DNA of 46,194 nucleotides from the NCBI GenBank assembly GCA_021786945.1, contig JAJYMK010000003.1, positions 103,105 through 149,298 of the forward strand. Reading direction: 5' to 3'. Every line of letters begins with the position of its first letter. Position 1 is the stretch's first letter. The stretch comes from a bacterium (GTDB lineage: Bacteria > Patescibacteriota > Minisyncoccia > UBA6257 > 02-FULL-45-10c). Position numbers and translations under genes: made by a program. Below, in pieces: positions 33,288-41,285 of this stretch. Below the pieces are notes generated by a model. The model saw nothing but the letters and a program-made list of their open reading frames with translations. It searched no databases and was not told the DNA's origin.

Positions 33288-34424
33288 ATGAAAATTAATT
33301 GGCAAATAAAAAAGCTAGGTGAGATAGGCACTATTTTCAATGGTAATAGCATTAATGAGAAGATTAAAAAAGAAAAATATCTTGGTTTGAGAGAGGGTCT
33401 TCCTTTTATTGCAACAAAAGATGTTGATTTCGAAACCCATATAATTAATTACGAGAACGGTGTAAAAATTCCTTTTATAGAAAAGTCCTTTAAGATTGCT
33501 CATAAAAATTCTATTTTAATTTGTTCTGAAGGCGGAAGTGCGGGCAAAAAAATAGCTTTCAATGAAAAAGATATTTGTTTTGGTAATAAATTATTTGCAA
33601 TTGAAACCAACGGGCATACCGATCCTAAATTTGTTTATTATTGGTATTTAACGCCCGTATTTTTTAATAGCTTTAAACATCAAATGAATGGAATTATTGG
33701 TGGAGTTTCTATCAGTAATTTCAAAAATATAGAAATCCCCATCCCGCCTCTTTCTGAACAAAAAAGAATTATAAAAATTTTGGATGAGGTTTTTGATAAA
33801 ATTGCTAAGGTAAAAGAAAATACTGAAAAAAATTTACAAAATACCAAAGACCTTTTTGAGTCGTATTTGCAAGGTGTTTTTACGAATCCAGGTGGGGGTT
33901 GGGAAGTGGTTGATTTTGAGAATTCTATTGAAAGGGTTGTATATACAAATAAAATTCAAAGAAATAAGTTTTTACAATCTGGTAAATTTCCAGTTGTTTC
34001 TCAGGAAAAGGATTTGATAAACGGATATTGGAATGAAGAAGGAGATTTGTTTCGTGTAATAACCCCAGTTATTATTTTTGGGGATCATACGCAGATTTTA
34101 AAATATATCGATTTCGATTTTGTACTTGGTGCGGATGGAGTCAAAATATTGCAACCTAAAAAAATATTACAACCAAGGTTTTTCTATTATTTTTTAAGGA
34201 GTGTTAATTTAAAAAATCTTGGTTACGCGAGGCATTACCGCTTATTAAAAGAAAAACATGTTTTTTTTCCAAAATCTATTTCTGAACAAAAATCCATTGT
34301 CAAAAAACTTGATGTGCTTTCGGCTGAAACCAAAAAACTAGAGGCAATTTATAGGCAAAAATTGGAGGATTTAGAGGAATTGAAAAAGTCGGTCTTAAAG
34401 AAGGCTTTTAGTGGGGAATTGTAA
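33288..34424 (+). CDS. hsdS: Type I restriction-modification system, specificity subunit S (two TRDs).
   Basis: 'WQIKKLGEIGTIFNGNS', the central conserved region 'IPIPPLSEQKRIIKILDEVFDKI', and the distal 'SEQKSIVKKLDVLSAETKKLEAIY'. Confidence 0.92.
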   Translation: MKINWQIKKLGEIGTIFNGNSINEKIKKEKYLGLREGLPFIATKDVDFETHIINYENGVKIPFIEKSFKIAHKNSILICSEGGSAGKKIAFNEKDICFGNKLFAIETNGHTDPKFVYYWYLTPVFFNSFKHQMNGIIGGVSISNFKNIEIPIPPLSEQKRIIKILDEVFDKIAKVKENTEKNLQNTKDLFESYLQGVFTNPGGGWEVVDFENSIERVVYTNKIQRNKFLQSGKFPVVSQEKDLINGYWNEEGDLFRVITPVIIFGDHTQILKYIDFDFVLGADGVKILQPKKILQPRFFYYFLRSVNLKNLGYARHYRLLKEKHVFFPKSISEQKSIVKKLDVLSAETKKLEAIYRQKLEDLEELKKSVLKKAFSGEL

Positions 34425-34425
34425 T

Positions 34426-35115
34426 ATGAATCTAGTTGAATTTATAAAAGAATATCAGTCTTTGGTAGGCTCGTTTTTAGCGGTCATATCGTCTTTGTTT
34501 ATAGTGTTTATAAATTTTTATATTAACAGGAGGAAAGAAATAAGGGGGAGCAAAAAAGAAATAGAAGAAATTTTTTTGATGGCAGCGAGGGAGAGTGAGG
34601 ACATTGTTAAGGATTTAGAGTATTTTCTTTTTGAAGCGAGAAAGAAGTTACAAAAAAGAGAAGCGGGCATGCTTGTTTTTGTGCCGCCAAAATTTAACAG
34701 GATATATTTGAATGAAGAAAGACTTTTTGGTTTAAAAAAGAATCTGGGCTTTATTTTATCACAACAAGTTGATATAGCCACCTCTTCTGGTAAAAAATTA
34801 AATGGATATTTAAATCATTTCGAAAATGGCCCAGGCCTTATTTTCGATAAAGCGATCAAAGTTTTAGAGGTAGAATTAATGACCAAGGACAAAGCTATAG
34901 GAGTCTATATAAAGGATTTAGAGAATTACTTAAATGGAATTGAGAAAATTTTAAGCGGCGAAATTGGCATAGCGCAAAAACATCTTTTGAGGCCGGTAGT
35001 GGCCCAAAAGCATGGGGAGTGTGAGTTGGACAAAATGCCCTTAGAAATTTTAGATAAGATTTTAGACAAAGAAACAGAGATAGTATTACTAGATTTAAAA
35101 CAAAAATTATCTTAG
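34426..35115 (+). CDS. Unknown 229-aa protein with an N-terminal TM anchor and a helical cytoplasmic domain, embedded between hsdS and hsdR.
   Basis: The ATG lies 1 nt after the hsdS stop. The TM helix is 'LVGSFLAVISSLFIVFINFYI'. I recognise no family motif. Confidence 0.65.
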   Translation: MNLVEFIKEYQSLVGSFLAVISSLFIVFINFYINRRKEIRGSKKEIEEIFLMAARESEDIVKDLEYFLFEARKKLQKREAGMLVFVPPKFNRIYLNEERLFGLKKNLGFILSQQVDIATSSGKKLNGYLNHFENGPGLIFDKAIKVLEVELMTKDKAIGVYIKDLENYLNGIEKILSGEIGIAQKHLLRPVVAQKHGECELDKMPLEILDKILDKETEIVLLDLKQKLS

Positions 35116-35125
35116 TATATCAACA

Positions 35126-37438
35126 ATGAACGAATCAGAAACAAGAGCCGAATATATTGACCCGAAGCTTAAGGCGAGCGGTTGGGGTGAAGTTGAAGGA
35201 TCAAAGATCTTGAGGGAATTTAGAATTACCGATGGGCGTATTCAGGTGGGCGGCGTTCGCGCGAAGCCGGAAATTGCCGACTATATTTTGGTTTATAAAA
35301 ATAGAAAGATTGGCGTGATAGAGGCTAAGGCTGAAAGTTTGGAAGCGACTGAGGGTGTTGCGCAAGCTAAATCTTACGCTGAAAAATTACACATTGATTA
35401 TACTTATTCCACTAATGGCAAGGAAATTTATGAAATATCCATGAAAAACGGGCGTGAGGTGATTATTGATAAATTTCCAACACCCGACGAGCTTTGGGAC
35501 AAAACTTTTTCCGATCAAAATGAATGGAAAGATAAATTTTCATCAATTCCATTTGAGGATGTAAATGGCACTAAGGGGGTGCGATATTATCAGGAAATTT
35601 CTGTAAATAATACGCTTAATGCTATTGCCGAAGAAAAACAAAGGATATTGCTTACTTTAGCCACTGGCACGGGAAAAACATTTATTGCTTTTCAGATTGC
35701 TTGGAAGCTTTTTCAAACAAGATGGAATTTAAAGCGTGATGGAAATAGGCGCCCGAGAATTTTATTTCTTGCCGATCGAAATATTTTAGCAGATCAGGCA
35801 TTTAATGCTTTTTCGGCTTTTCCGGAAGATGCCTTGGTTCGCATCAATCCGCTTGATATTCGTAAACGCGGAGCAGTGCCGACCAGCGCCAACGTATTTA
35901 TTACCATTTTCCAAACTTTTATGAGTGGCTCAAATAATACGCCGTATTATGGTGATTATCCGCCAGATTTTTTTGATTTGATTATTATTGACGAATGTCA
36001 TCGCGGAGGTGCAAATGATGAGGGCAATTGGCGCGGAATTTTGGAGTATTTTTCTCCGGCCGTTCAGCTTGGTTTAACCGCTACACCAAAAAGGAAAGAT
36101 AATGTTGATACATATAAATATTTTGGCGACCCAGTTTATATTTACTCGCTTAAGGAGGGTGTAAACGACGGATTTTTGACGCCGTTTAAAGTTAAGCGTA
36201 TTCAAACCACTCTTGATGAATATGTATACACTTCCGATGATCAGATTATTGAGGGAGAAATAGAAGAAGGAAAGATATATGAAGAGGCTGATTTTAATAA
36301 GATTATTGAAATTAAAGAAAGGGAAAAGAAAAGGGTAGAAATTTTATTAAATGAAATAAATCAAGACGAAAAAACAATTGTTTTTTGCGCTAATCAAAAT
36401 CACGCATTGGCTGTAAGGGATTTGATTAATCAGTTTAAAGAAAGCTCTAATCCTAATTATTGTGTTCGTGTTACGGCAAATGATGGTGCTCGAGGAGAGC
36501 AATTTTTACGAGAGTTTCAAGACAATGAAAAAACTATCCCGACTATTTTGACGACCTCGCAAAAACTTTCAACCGGAGTGGATGCGCGTAATATTAGAAA
36601 CATAGTTCTGATGCGCCCTGTAAATTCTATGATTGAGTTTAAGCAGATTGTTGGGCGGGGAACCCGTCTTTTTGATGGAAAAGACTATTTTACAATTCTT
36701 GATTTTGTGGGGGCGTATAAACATTTTTCTGATCCTGCATGGGACGGTGAGCCAATAGACGAAACAGTTGAGTCTGATATCGAAAAAGTTTCCGTAGTAA
36801 AAGAACCAAAAGCACAATATGACGCCAGCATTAAATTTGAAGAAGATTTTGAATCTAAGAAAAAATTGAAGATTAAATTACGCGATGGAAAAGAGCGGGA
36901 AATTCAACATATGATCTCTACTTCGTTTTGGAGCGCAGATGGGAGGCCGATATCTGTAGAAGAATTTTTGAACAATATGTTTGGGGCCTTGCCAGAGTTT
37001 TTTAAGAGCGAAGAGGAACTAAGAAAAATATGGTCAAACCCCACCACGAGAAAAACTTTTTTGGAAAAGATCGCCGAGGCTGGCTACGATAAAGATTTGT
37101 TAGAAACATTACAAAAAATGATAGACGCAGAAGATAGTGATTTGTTTGATGTATTGGCGTATATCTCCTTTGCCGTGAAACCGATTTCTAGAAAAGAACG
37201 TGTAATTGAAACAAAAAATGAAGTTTTAGATCATCTTGATGAAAGGACGAAAGATTTTTTAGAATTTGTTTTGAATAAGTATATTGAAAGAGGAGTTGAA
37301 GAGCTTGATGAAGAAAAGTTGCCGCAATTGCTTAATTTGAAATATCACGCGATTGCTGATGCCGTAAATATCCTTGGCGATGTAGATAAAATTCGTTCAA
37401 CTTTTTTTGATTTTCAGAAAAATTTATATAGTAAGTAA
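35126..37438 (+). CDS. hsdR: Type I restriction enzyme, endonuclease/translocase subunit R.
   Basis: N-terminal 'ESETRAEYIDPKLKASGWG', Walker A 'LATGTGKT', DEAH-type 'IIIDECHRG', 'LTATPKR', and helicase motif VI 'QIVGRGTR'. Confidence 0.95.
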   Translation: MNESETRAEYIDPKLKASGWGEVEGSKILREFRITDGRIQVGGVRAKPEIADYILVYKNRKIGVIEAKAESLEATEGVAQAKSYAEKLHIDYTYSTNGKEIYEISMKNGREVIIDKFPTPDELWDKTFSDQNEWKDKFSSIPFEDVNGTKGVRYYQEISVNNTLNAIAEEKQRILLTLATGTGKTFIAFQIAWKLFQTRWNLKRDGNRRPRILFLADRNILADQAFNAFSAFPEDALVRINPLDIRKRGAVPTSANVFITIFQTFMSGSNNTPYYGDYPPDFFDLIIIDECHRGGANDEGNWRGILEYFSPAVQLGLTATPKRKDNVDTYKYFGDPVYIYSLKEGVNDGFLTPFKVKRIQTTLDEYVYTSDDQIIEGEIEEGKIYEEADFNKIIEIKEREKKRVEILLNEINQDEKTIVFCANQNHALAVRDLINQFKESSNPNYCVRVTANDGARGEQFLREFQDNEKTIPTILTTSQKLSTGVDARNIRNIVLMRPVNSMIEFKQIVGRGTRLFDGKDYFTILDFVGAYKHFSDPAWDGEPIDETVESDIEKVSVVKEPKAQYDASIKFEEDFESKKKLKIKLRDGKEREIQHMISTSFWSADGRPISVEEFLNNMFGALPEFFKSEEELRKIWSNPTTRKTFLEKIAEAGYDKDLLETLQKMIDAEDSDLFDVLAYISFAVKPISRKERVIETKNEVLDHLDERTKDFLEFVLNKYIERGVEELDEEKLPQLLNLKYHAIADAVNILGDVDKIRSTFFDFQKNLYSK

Positions 37439-37444
37439 ATAAAA

Positions 37445-37930
37445 ATGAAAAAATCATCAAAAATTTTAATAATCTCAATCATTCTGGTTTTGATTGTCAC
37501 GGGAGTAAGAATTTATATAATTTTGAAAAACAATAAAACCGAAAATAATCAGGTTGCCTGTACTATGGAGGCAAAGTTGTGTCCCGACGGGAGCTATGTG
37601 GGCAGAACTGGGCCGAAATGCGAATTTACGCCGTGCCCAAGTGCGCCAGCGGCAAAAGGCAGTTTCTATAAAAAAGGTGTAGCTACTTTTAATAATCCGG
37701 GGCAAAAGGCGAATACTTTGTATTTGGTATACGAAGAGCCCGGAAGCCCGGCTGTTTCCAAGGAATTGGTTTTTGATAGTCAAAGCCAGTGTGTGTTGCC
37801 GGCAGGATCGGCTAGTTGCAGCCAGATAGACTCTTTACAGCTGTATTTCGGCGGGAAGAGGGTATATGTGTCCGGAAACTTGCAGGCCGAAAAAGTCTCC
37901 GTCTCCGAACTGGGCATTCTTCAAGAATAA
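37445..37930 (+). CDS. Small anchored, Cys-containing extracytoplasmic hypothetical protein.
   Basis: Signal anchor 'ILIISIILVLIVTGVRIYIIL'. The ATG lies 6 nt after the hsdR stop, so it is possibly co-transcribed. Confidence 0.6.
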   Translation: MKKSSKILIISIILVLIVTGVRIYIILKNNKTENNQVACTMEAKLCPDGSYVGRTGPKCEFTPCPSAPAAKGSFYKKGVATFNNPGQKANTLYLVYEEPGSPAVSKELVFDSQSQCVLPAGSASCSQIDSLQLYFGGKRVYVSGNLQAEKVSVSELGILQE

Positions 37931-37952
37931 AAAATAATTTACACACCAAACC

Positions 37953-38074
37953 AAAAATGTTTCCATTATTCCCGCTATAGCGGAATTTATGGAAACATTT
38001 TTAAATTTCAATCTGCTACATTATAAAATTACAACATTATATAAGATTAATCTGATATAGTGTTCCGCTTTTTT
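37953..38074 (+). repeat. 122-bp direct repeat, copy A (hairpin terminator plus AT-rich spacer).
   Basis: Identical to 39853-39974 except one base (g37991 vs a39891). It begins with the nested hairpin aaaaatgtttccattattcccgctatagcggaatttatggaaacattttt. Confidence 0.95.
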
Positions 38075-38138
38075 ATAAAAATAATTTGCCGGAAATCCTG
38101 GGAAAAAGCGGTTTCAAAAATAAAGTTATAATAAATAG

Positions 38139-39440
38139 ATGAGTATTTTAAGACGTGGAATTTTTGGATGGATTGTTGTTCTGGCTATTTGTTTTACGCC
38201 GGTTGTTTTGTGGTTTATGGTTCCGGTTCAAAGGTTTGCCGATTTTACCGGCGGGATGGCCAACGTTGGCCAGCTGCTTGCATTGGTGGGTTCGGCTATG
38301 TTCGCCATGGATCTCATTCTCAGTGCGCGATTCCGTTTTATCGACAAAATATTTTTTGGACTGGATAAGGTTTACCTAAGCCACGAATGGCTTGGGCAAT
38401 GGGCGCTTATCTTTCTTCTTTTTCATCCGCTGTTTTTGATACCAAAATATTCTGCCGGACTTGCCGGCGCCGCAAGTTTTTTGTGGATTGGTTCATATTG
38501 GCCGAAAAATTGGGGAGTAATATCTTTAGGCCTTCTGATTTTACTTATAATTTTTACGCTTTATCTCCGCCCTAAATACAATATCTGGAAATGGACGCAT
38601 AAATTTATGGGCTTCGCTTTTTTCCTGGCATCTTTGCATATTTGGTTTATTCCCAGTGATACTTCTGTTTATTTACCGCTTAGGGTGTATATGCTGTCTT
38701 TGGCCGGAATAGCTCTGTTGTCTTTTGCTTATTATGTTTTGTTCAATAAGATTTTGGTAAGTAAATATAAATATATTGTTTCCGCAAAGAATTTGCTTAA
38801 TGGCTCAGCGGTAGAAATAATTATGGAGCCAAAAGACAGGCCGATGAAATTTGCTTCAGGTCAATTTATGTTTGTAAGTTTTTCGGATAAGGCGACCGGC
38901 GGGGAGAGCCATCCTTTTTCCATAACAAGCGGGGAGGGGGAAGGCAGGGTTGGTTTTATTGCAAAAATTTTAGGCGATTATACCGAGAGGCTTAGGAATG
39001 TATCTGTTGGATCCGAAGCAAAAATAGAAGGTCCATTCGGGGCTTTTTCTTATAAAAAATCAAAATATAAAAATCAGATTTGGGTTGCGGGCGGAATAGG
39101 TATAACTCCATTTTTGAGTATGGCTAAATCTTTGAAGAAAGAAGACGGATATAAAATTGATCTTTATTATTGTGTTAAAAATGAAACCGAAGCTGTATAT
39201 CTGAATCTTTTGAGAAATATTTCCATGTTTTTGAATAATGATTTTAGAGTATTTACTGTTTATTCGGAGGAGGGCGTACGTATAGATGCCGACTATATTC
39301 AAAAAACTTCCGGGCGCCTAAGCGTGGGTAACGATATATTTTTATGCGCTCCGCTTGTTATGATTGAAGCGCTCAGAAAACAATTTGCGGCAAAGGGCAT
39401 CCCGAAGGGCCTGATTCACTCCGAAGAATTTAATTTTTAA
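38139..39440 (+). CDS. NOX/ferric-reductase-like flavocytochrome: bis-heme TM domain plus FAD- and NAD(P)H-binding domains.
   Basis: TM His pairs in 'HEWLGQWALIFLLFH' and 'HKFMGFAFFLASLH' (14- and 13-residue spacing), FAD motif 'HPFSITS', and NAD(P)H motif 'GGIGITPFLSM'. TATAAT (38127-38132) is followed by 6 nt and then the ATG. Confidence 0.85.
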   Translation: MSILRRGIFGWIVVLAICFTPVVLWFMVPVQRFADFTGGMANVGQLLALVGSAMFAMDLILSARFRFIDKIFFGLDKVYLSHEWLGQWALIFLLFHPLFLIPKYSAGLAGAASFLWIGSYWPKNWGVISLGLLILLIIFTLYLRPKYNIWKWTHKFMGFAFFLASLHIWFIPSDTSVYLPLRVYMLSLAGIALLSFAYYVLFNKILVSKYKYIVSAKNLLNGSAVEIIMEPKDRPMKFASGQFMFVSFSDKATGGESHPFSITSGEGEGRVGFIAKILGDYTERLRNVSVGSEAKIEGPFGAFSYKKSKYKNQIWVAGGIGITPFLSMAKSLKKEDGYKIDLYYCVKNETEAVYLNLLRNISMFLNNDFRVFTVYSEEGVRIDADYIQKTSGRLSVGNDIFLCAPLVMIEALRKQFAAKGIPKGLIHSEEFNF

Positions 39441-39443
39441 AAA

Positions 39444-39827
39444 ATGACACTAAAAAAATTTACTTTAATATCTTTAATAATTTTTGCTGTAATTATTCTG
39501 GCTATTTATATAGCCGGAATTTTTGGAGGATCGGGAAACGGCGCTTCCTTGCAAAACCGGAGTTCGCAGCAGACTGCCACTACTACGGCTAAAAATTTTC
39601 CGGCTTTTTCTATGGATGATGTTTCCAAGCACAATCTTCCTACGGATTGCTGGCTGGTGATAAACAGCAAGGTATATTCTGTTTCTACATATATAGGCAA
39701 CCATCCCGGAGGGGCGGATGCTATCATTTTTAATTGCGGAAAAGAAGTAACCGGAATATTCGCCCAGATTCATTCTAATAGCGCTTGGGATTTATTGGCT
39801 AAATTTCAAATCGGAACAATCAAATAG
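39444..39827 (+). CDS. Membrane-anchored cytochrome b5-like heme-binding protein.
   Basis: An N-terminal TM helix, then 'HNLPTDCWLVINSKVYSVSTYIGNHPGGADAI' (Cyt-b5 HPGG signature). Confidence 0.85.
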   Translation: MTLKKFTLISLIIFAVIILAIYIAGIFGGSGNGASLQNRSSQQTATTTAKNFPAFSMDDVSKHNLPTDCWLVINSKVYSVSTYIGNHPGGADAIIFNCGKEVTGIFAQIHSNSAWDLLAKFQIGTIK

Positions 39828-39852
39828 TTTTTCCGTCAAAAAATAAATCAGA

Positions 39853-39974
39853 AAAAATGTTTCCATTATTCCCGCTATAGCGGAATTTATAGAAACATTT
39901 TTAAATTTCAATCTGCTACATTATAAAATTACAACATTATATAAGATTAATCTGATATAGTGTTCCGCTTTTTT
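39853..39974 (+). repeat. 122-bp direct repeat, copy B.
   Basis: See copy A. The two copies are offset by exactly 1900 bp. Confidence 0.95.
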
Positions 39975-39990
39975 TTCTAAAAATAAATAA

Positions 39991-40024
39991 AAAAAGAGCC
40001 CCGACTTTCGTCTAGGGCTCTTTT
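39991..40024. terminator. Bidirectional hairpin terminator.
   Basis: aaaaa-gagccc-cgactttcgtcta-gggctc-tttt. Confidence 0.8.
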
Positions 40025-40036
40025 GTTAAAGAACTT

Positions 40037-40858
40037 CTATTCCGGTTTACAGACGCTGGCGGCGCCCACGAAGTATGCCCTCGAGTCGTCCCACCATGCC
40101 TGCACCCGCAGCCCGTCCTCCTTGAACGGACCGATTGTTACCCTGCGGCCGCTATGGTCCAGCTCCGCACACCTGGCCATGCTTTCCTCGAACATCACAG
40201 TCCCGGTTTTCAGGATGTGTCCGAGGGCGGCGTAGGCAGCTATGCGTACAGAGACCGAATCGCTCAGCTGGCCAAACATATGCAGCTGATCGACCCACTC
40301 CTTGTTGAGGGAGTTTTCCGGTGCCTGCTTGCGGATGAGGTACCAGCCCACTTTTCCTTCCTCCCAAGAGAAGCGCTCCTGTTTGAACCAGGGGGCTTTC
40401 TCGGTATCGTCGAGGCCGAAGAAAGGTCTGAGGTTTTTATTCTCAAACATCTGCAGCAACGACATCGGAAACACCGCCACAAGGACGTGCGTGTCTTTGC
40501 ACTCCTTAAGGGTGACTTCCGAGAAGGGGACGTCGTCCAGTTCCGCTATCTGGTTTTTGTCCGGGCGAAGATTGAGGTGCTCTATAGCATCCTCAATGCC
40601 AAAGAAGTTATTTCCCATAATTTCTTTGGCGGCTTTCTGACTCTTGGTCGGGTGGTACACACCGTTCCTTAAGACATAAAGCATTTCACTGGCGACTACG
40701 TTTCCTTTCGACTCGATCACGCGCTGAGCATCCTGAGGCGTAATACCGGCCCTTTCCAGGCGCAGAAGTAATTCATGTTCCTGGTGTACGGACAGCTTGT
40801 GCTCTTCGGGTGCTTTGCGAGTAATCTTCTCAAGGATCCGGCTCACGATATTTCCCAT
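40037..40858 (-). CDS. Hypothetical 273-aa protein on a strongly GC-enriched, SD-led cassette.
   Basis: AGGAGGT (complement of 40866-40872) lies 7 nt before the ATG (40858-40856). TGTTATAAT is upstream on the minus strand and a terminator lies directly downstream. Five overlapping ORFs on both strands reflect stop-codon paucity in this GC-rich patch. Confidence 0.7.
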   Translation of the reverse strand: MGNIVSRILEKITRKAPEEHKLSVHQEHELLLRLERAGITPQDAQRVIESKGNVVASEMLYVLRNGVYHPTKSQKAAKEIMGNNFFGIEDAIEHLNLRPDKNQIAELDDVPFSEVTLKECKDTHVLVAVFPMSLLQMFENKNLRPFFGLDDTEKAPWFKQERFSWEEGKVGWYLIRKQAPENSLNKEWVDQLHMFGQLSDSVSVRIAAYAALGHILKTGTVMFEESMARCAELDHSGRRVTIGPFKEDGLRVQAWWDDSRAYFVGAASVCKPE

Positions 40859-40989
40859 ATCGCATACCTCCTATCGAATTTTACTCATTTTTAACGAACA
40901 AAATATATTATAACAGATATTTGGCAATTAGTCAATTTATAGAAATTTCTGTGAATTATATGAAATTAGGGGTAAGTTATAATAAATAT

Positions 40990-41235
40990 ATGGAAACATT
41001 ACAACTTTTATCTATAGTAGTTGAGGCGGTCGTGGTATTTATGCTTTTGTATGGAGCAATAAAGAAGGGCGCTGTCTGTGCTTACGGCATGGCGTTAACT
41101 TTTTCAATCTTTGTTTTTTACGATTTGGCTAATTATTTTGATTGGGGCCTTTCACAAAATATTCTGACCCCAGCATTTTTTATCGCTACGCTTTCGGCTT
41201 TATGGGCTGTTTGGAAAATGGGCCAAGAAGATTAA
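40990..41235 (+). CDS. Small membrane protein, hypothetical.
   Basis: TATAAT (40978-40983), 6 nt, then ATG 40990 (METLQLLSIVVEAVVVF...). The ORF-track TTG at 40921 is unlikely. Confidence 0.55.
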   Translation: METLQLLSIVVEAVVVFMLLYGAIKKGAVCAYGMALTFSIFVFYDLANYFDWGLSQNILTPAFFIATLSALWAVWKMGQED

Positions 41236-41240
41236 TTTTT

Positions 41241-41268
41241 AATCCCGCTTTAATGGCGGGATTTTCTT
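41241..41268 (+). terminator. Rho-independent terminator.
   Basis: aatcccgc-tttaatg-gcgggatt followed by ttc ttt. Confidence 0.7.
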
Positions 41269-41285
41269 TGTAATTAATTAAAAAC

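Noticed and set aside
38029-38061. A possible promoter inside the 122-bp repeat (TTACAA ... TGATATAGT).
   Set aside because: The -35 to -10 spacing is about 21 nt, and a better TATAAT lies 6 nt upstream of the 38139 ATG. In copy B it would fire into a terminator. This is not supported well enough to annotate.
38155-38575. Three ORFs of 62-74 aa overlapping the 5' part of the NOX-like gene.
   Set aside because: They are in alternative frames of a region with clear TM-helix and heme-His coding signal in the main frame. They are Cys/Arg/Trp-rich translations typical of off-frame GC-richer DNA.
40023-40672. Five overlapping ORFs (40023-40235+, 40152-40367-, 40154-40672+, 40264-40482-, 40302-40640+).
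   Set aside because: They are a by-product of stop-codon scarcity in the GC-rich patch. Only the 273-aa minus-strand frame has an SD, a promoter and a terminator in register.
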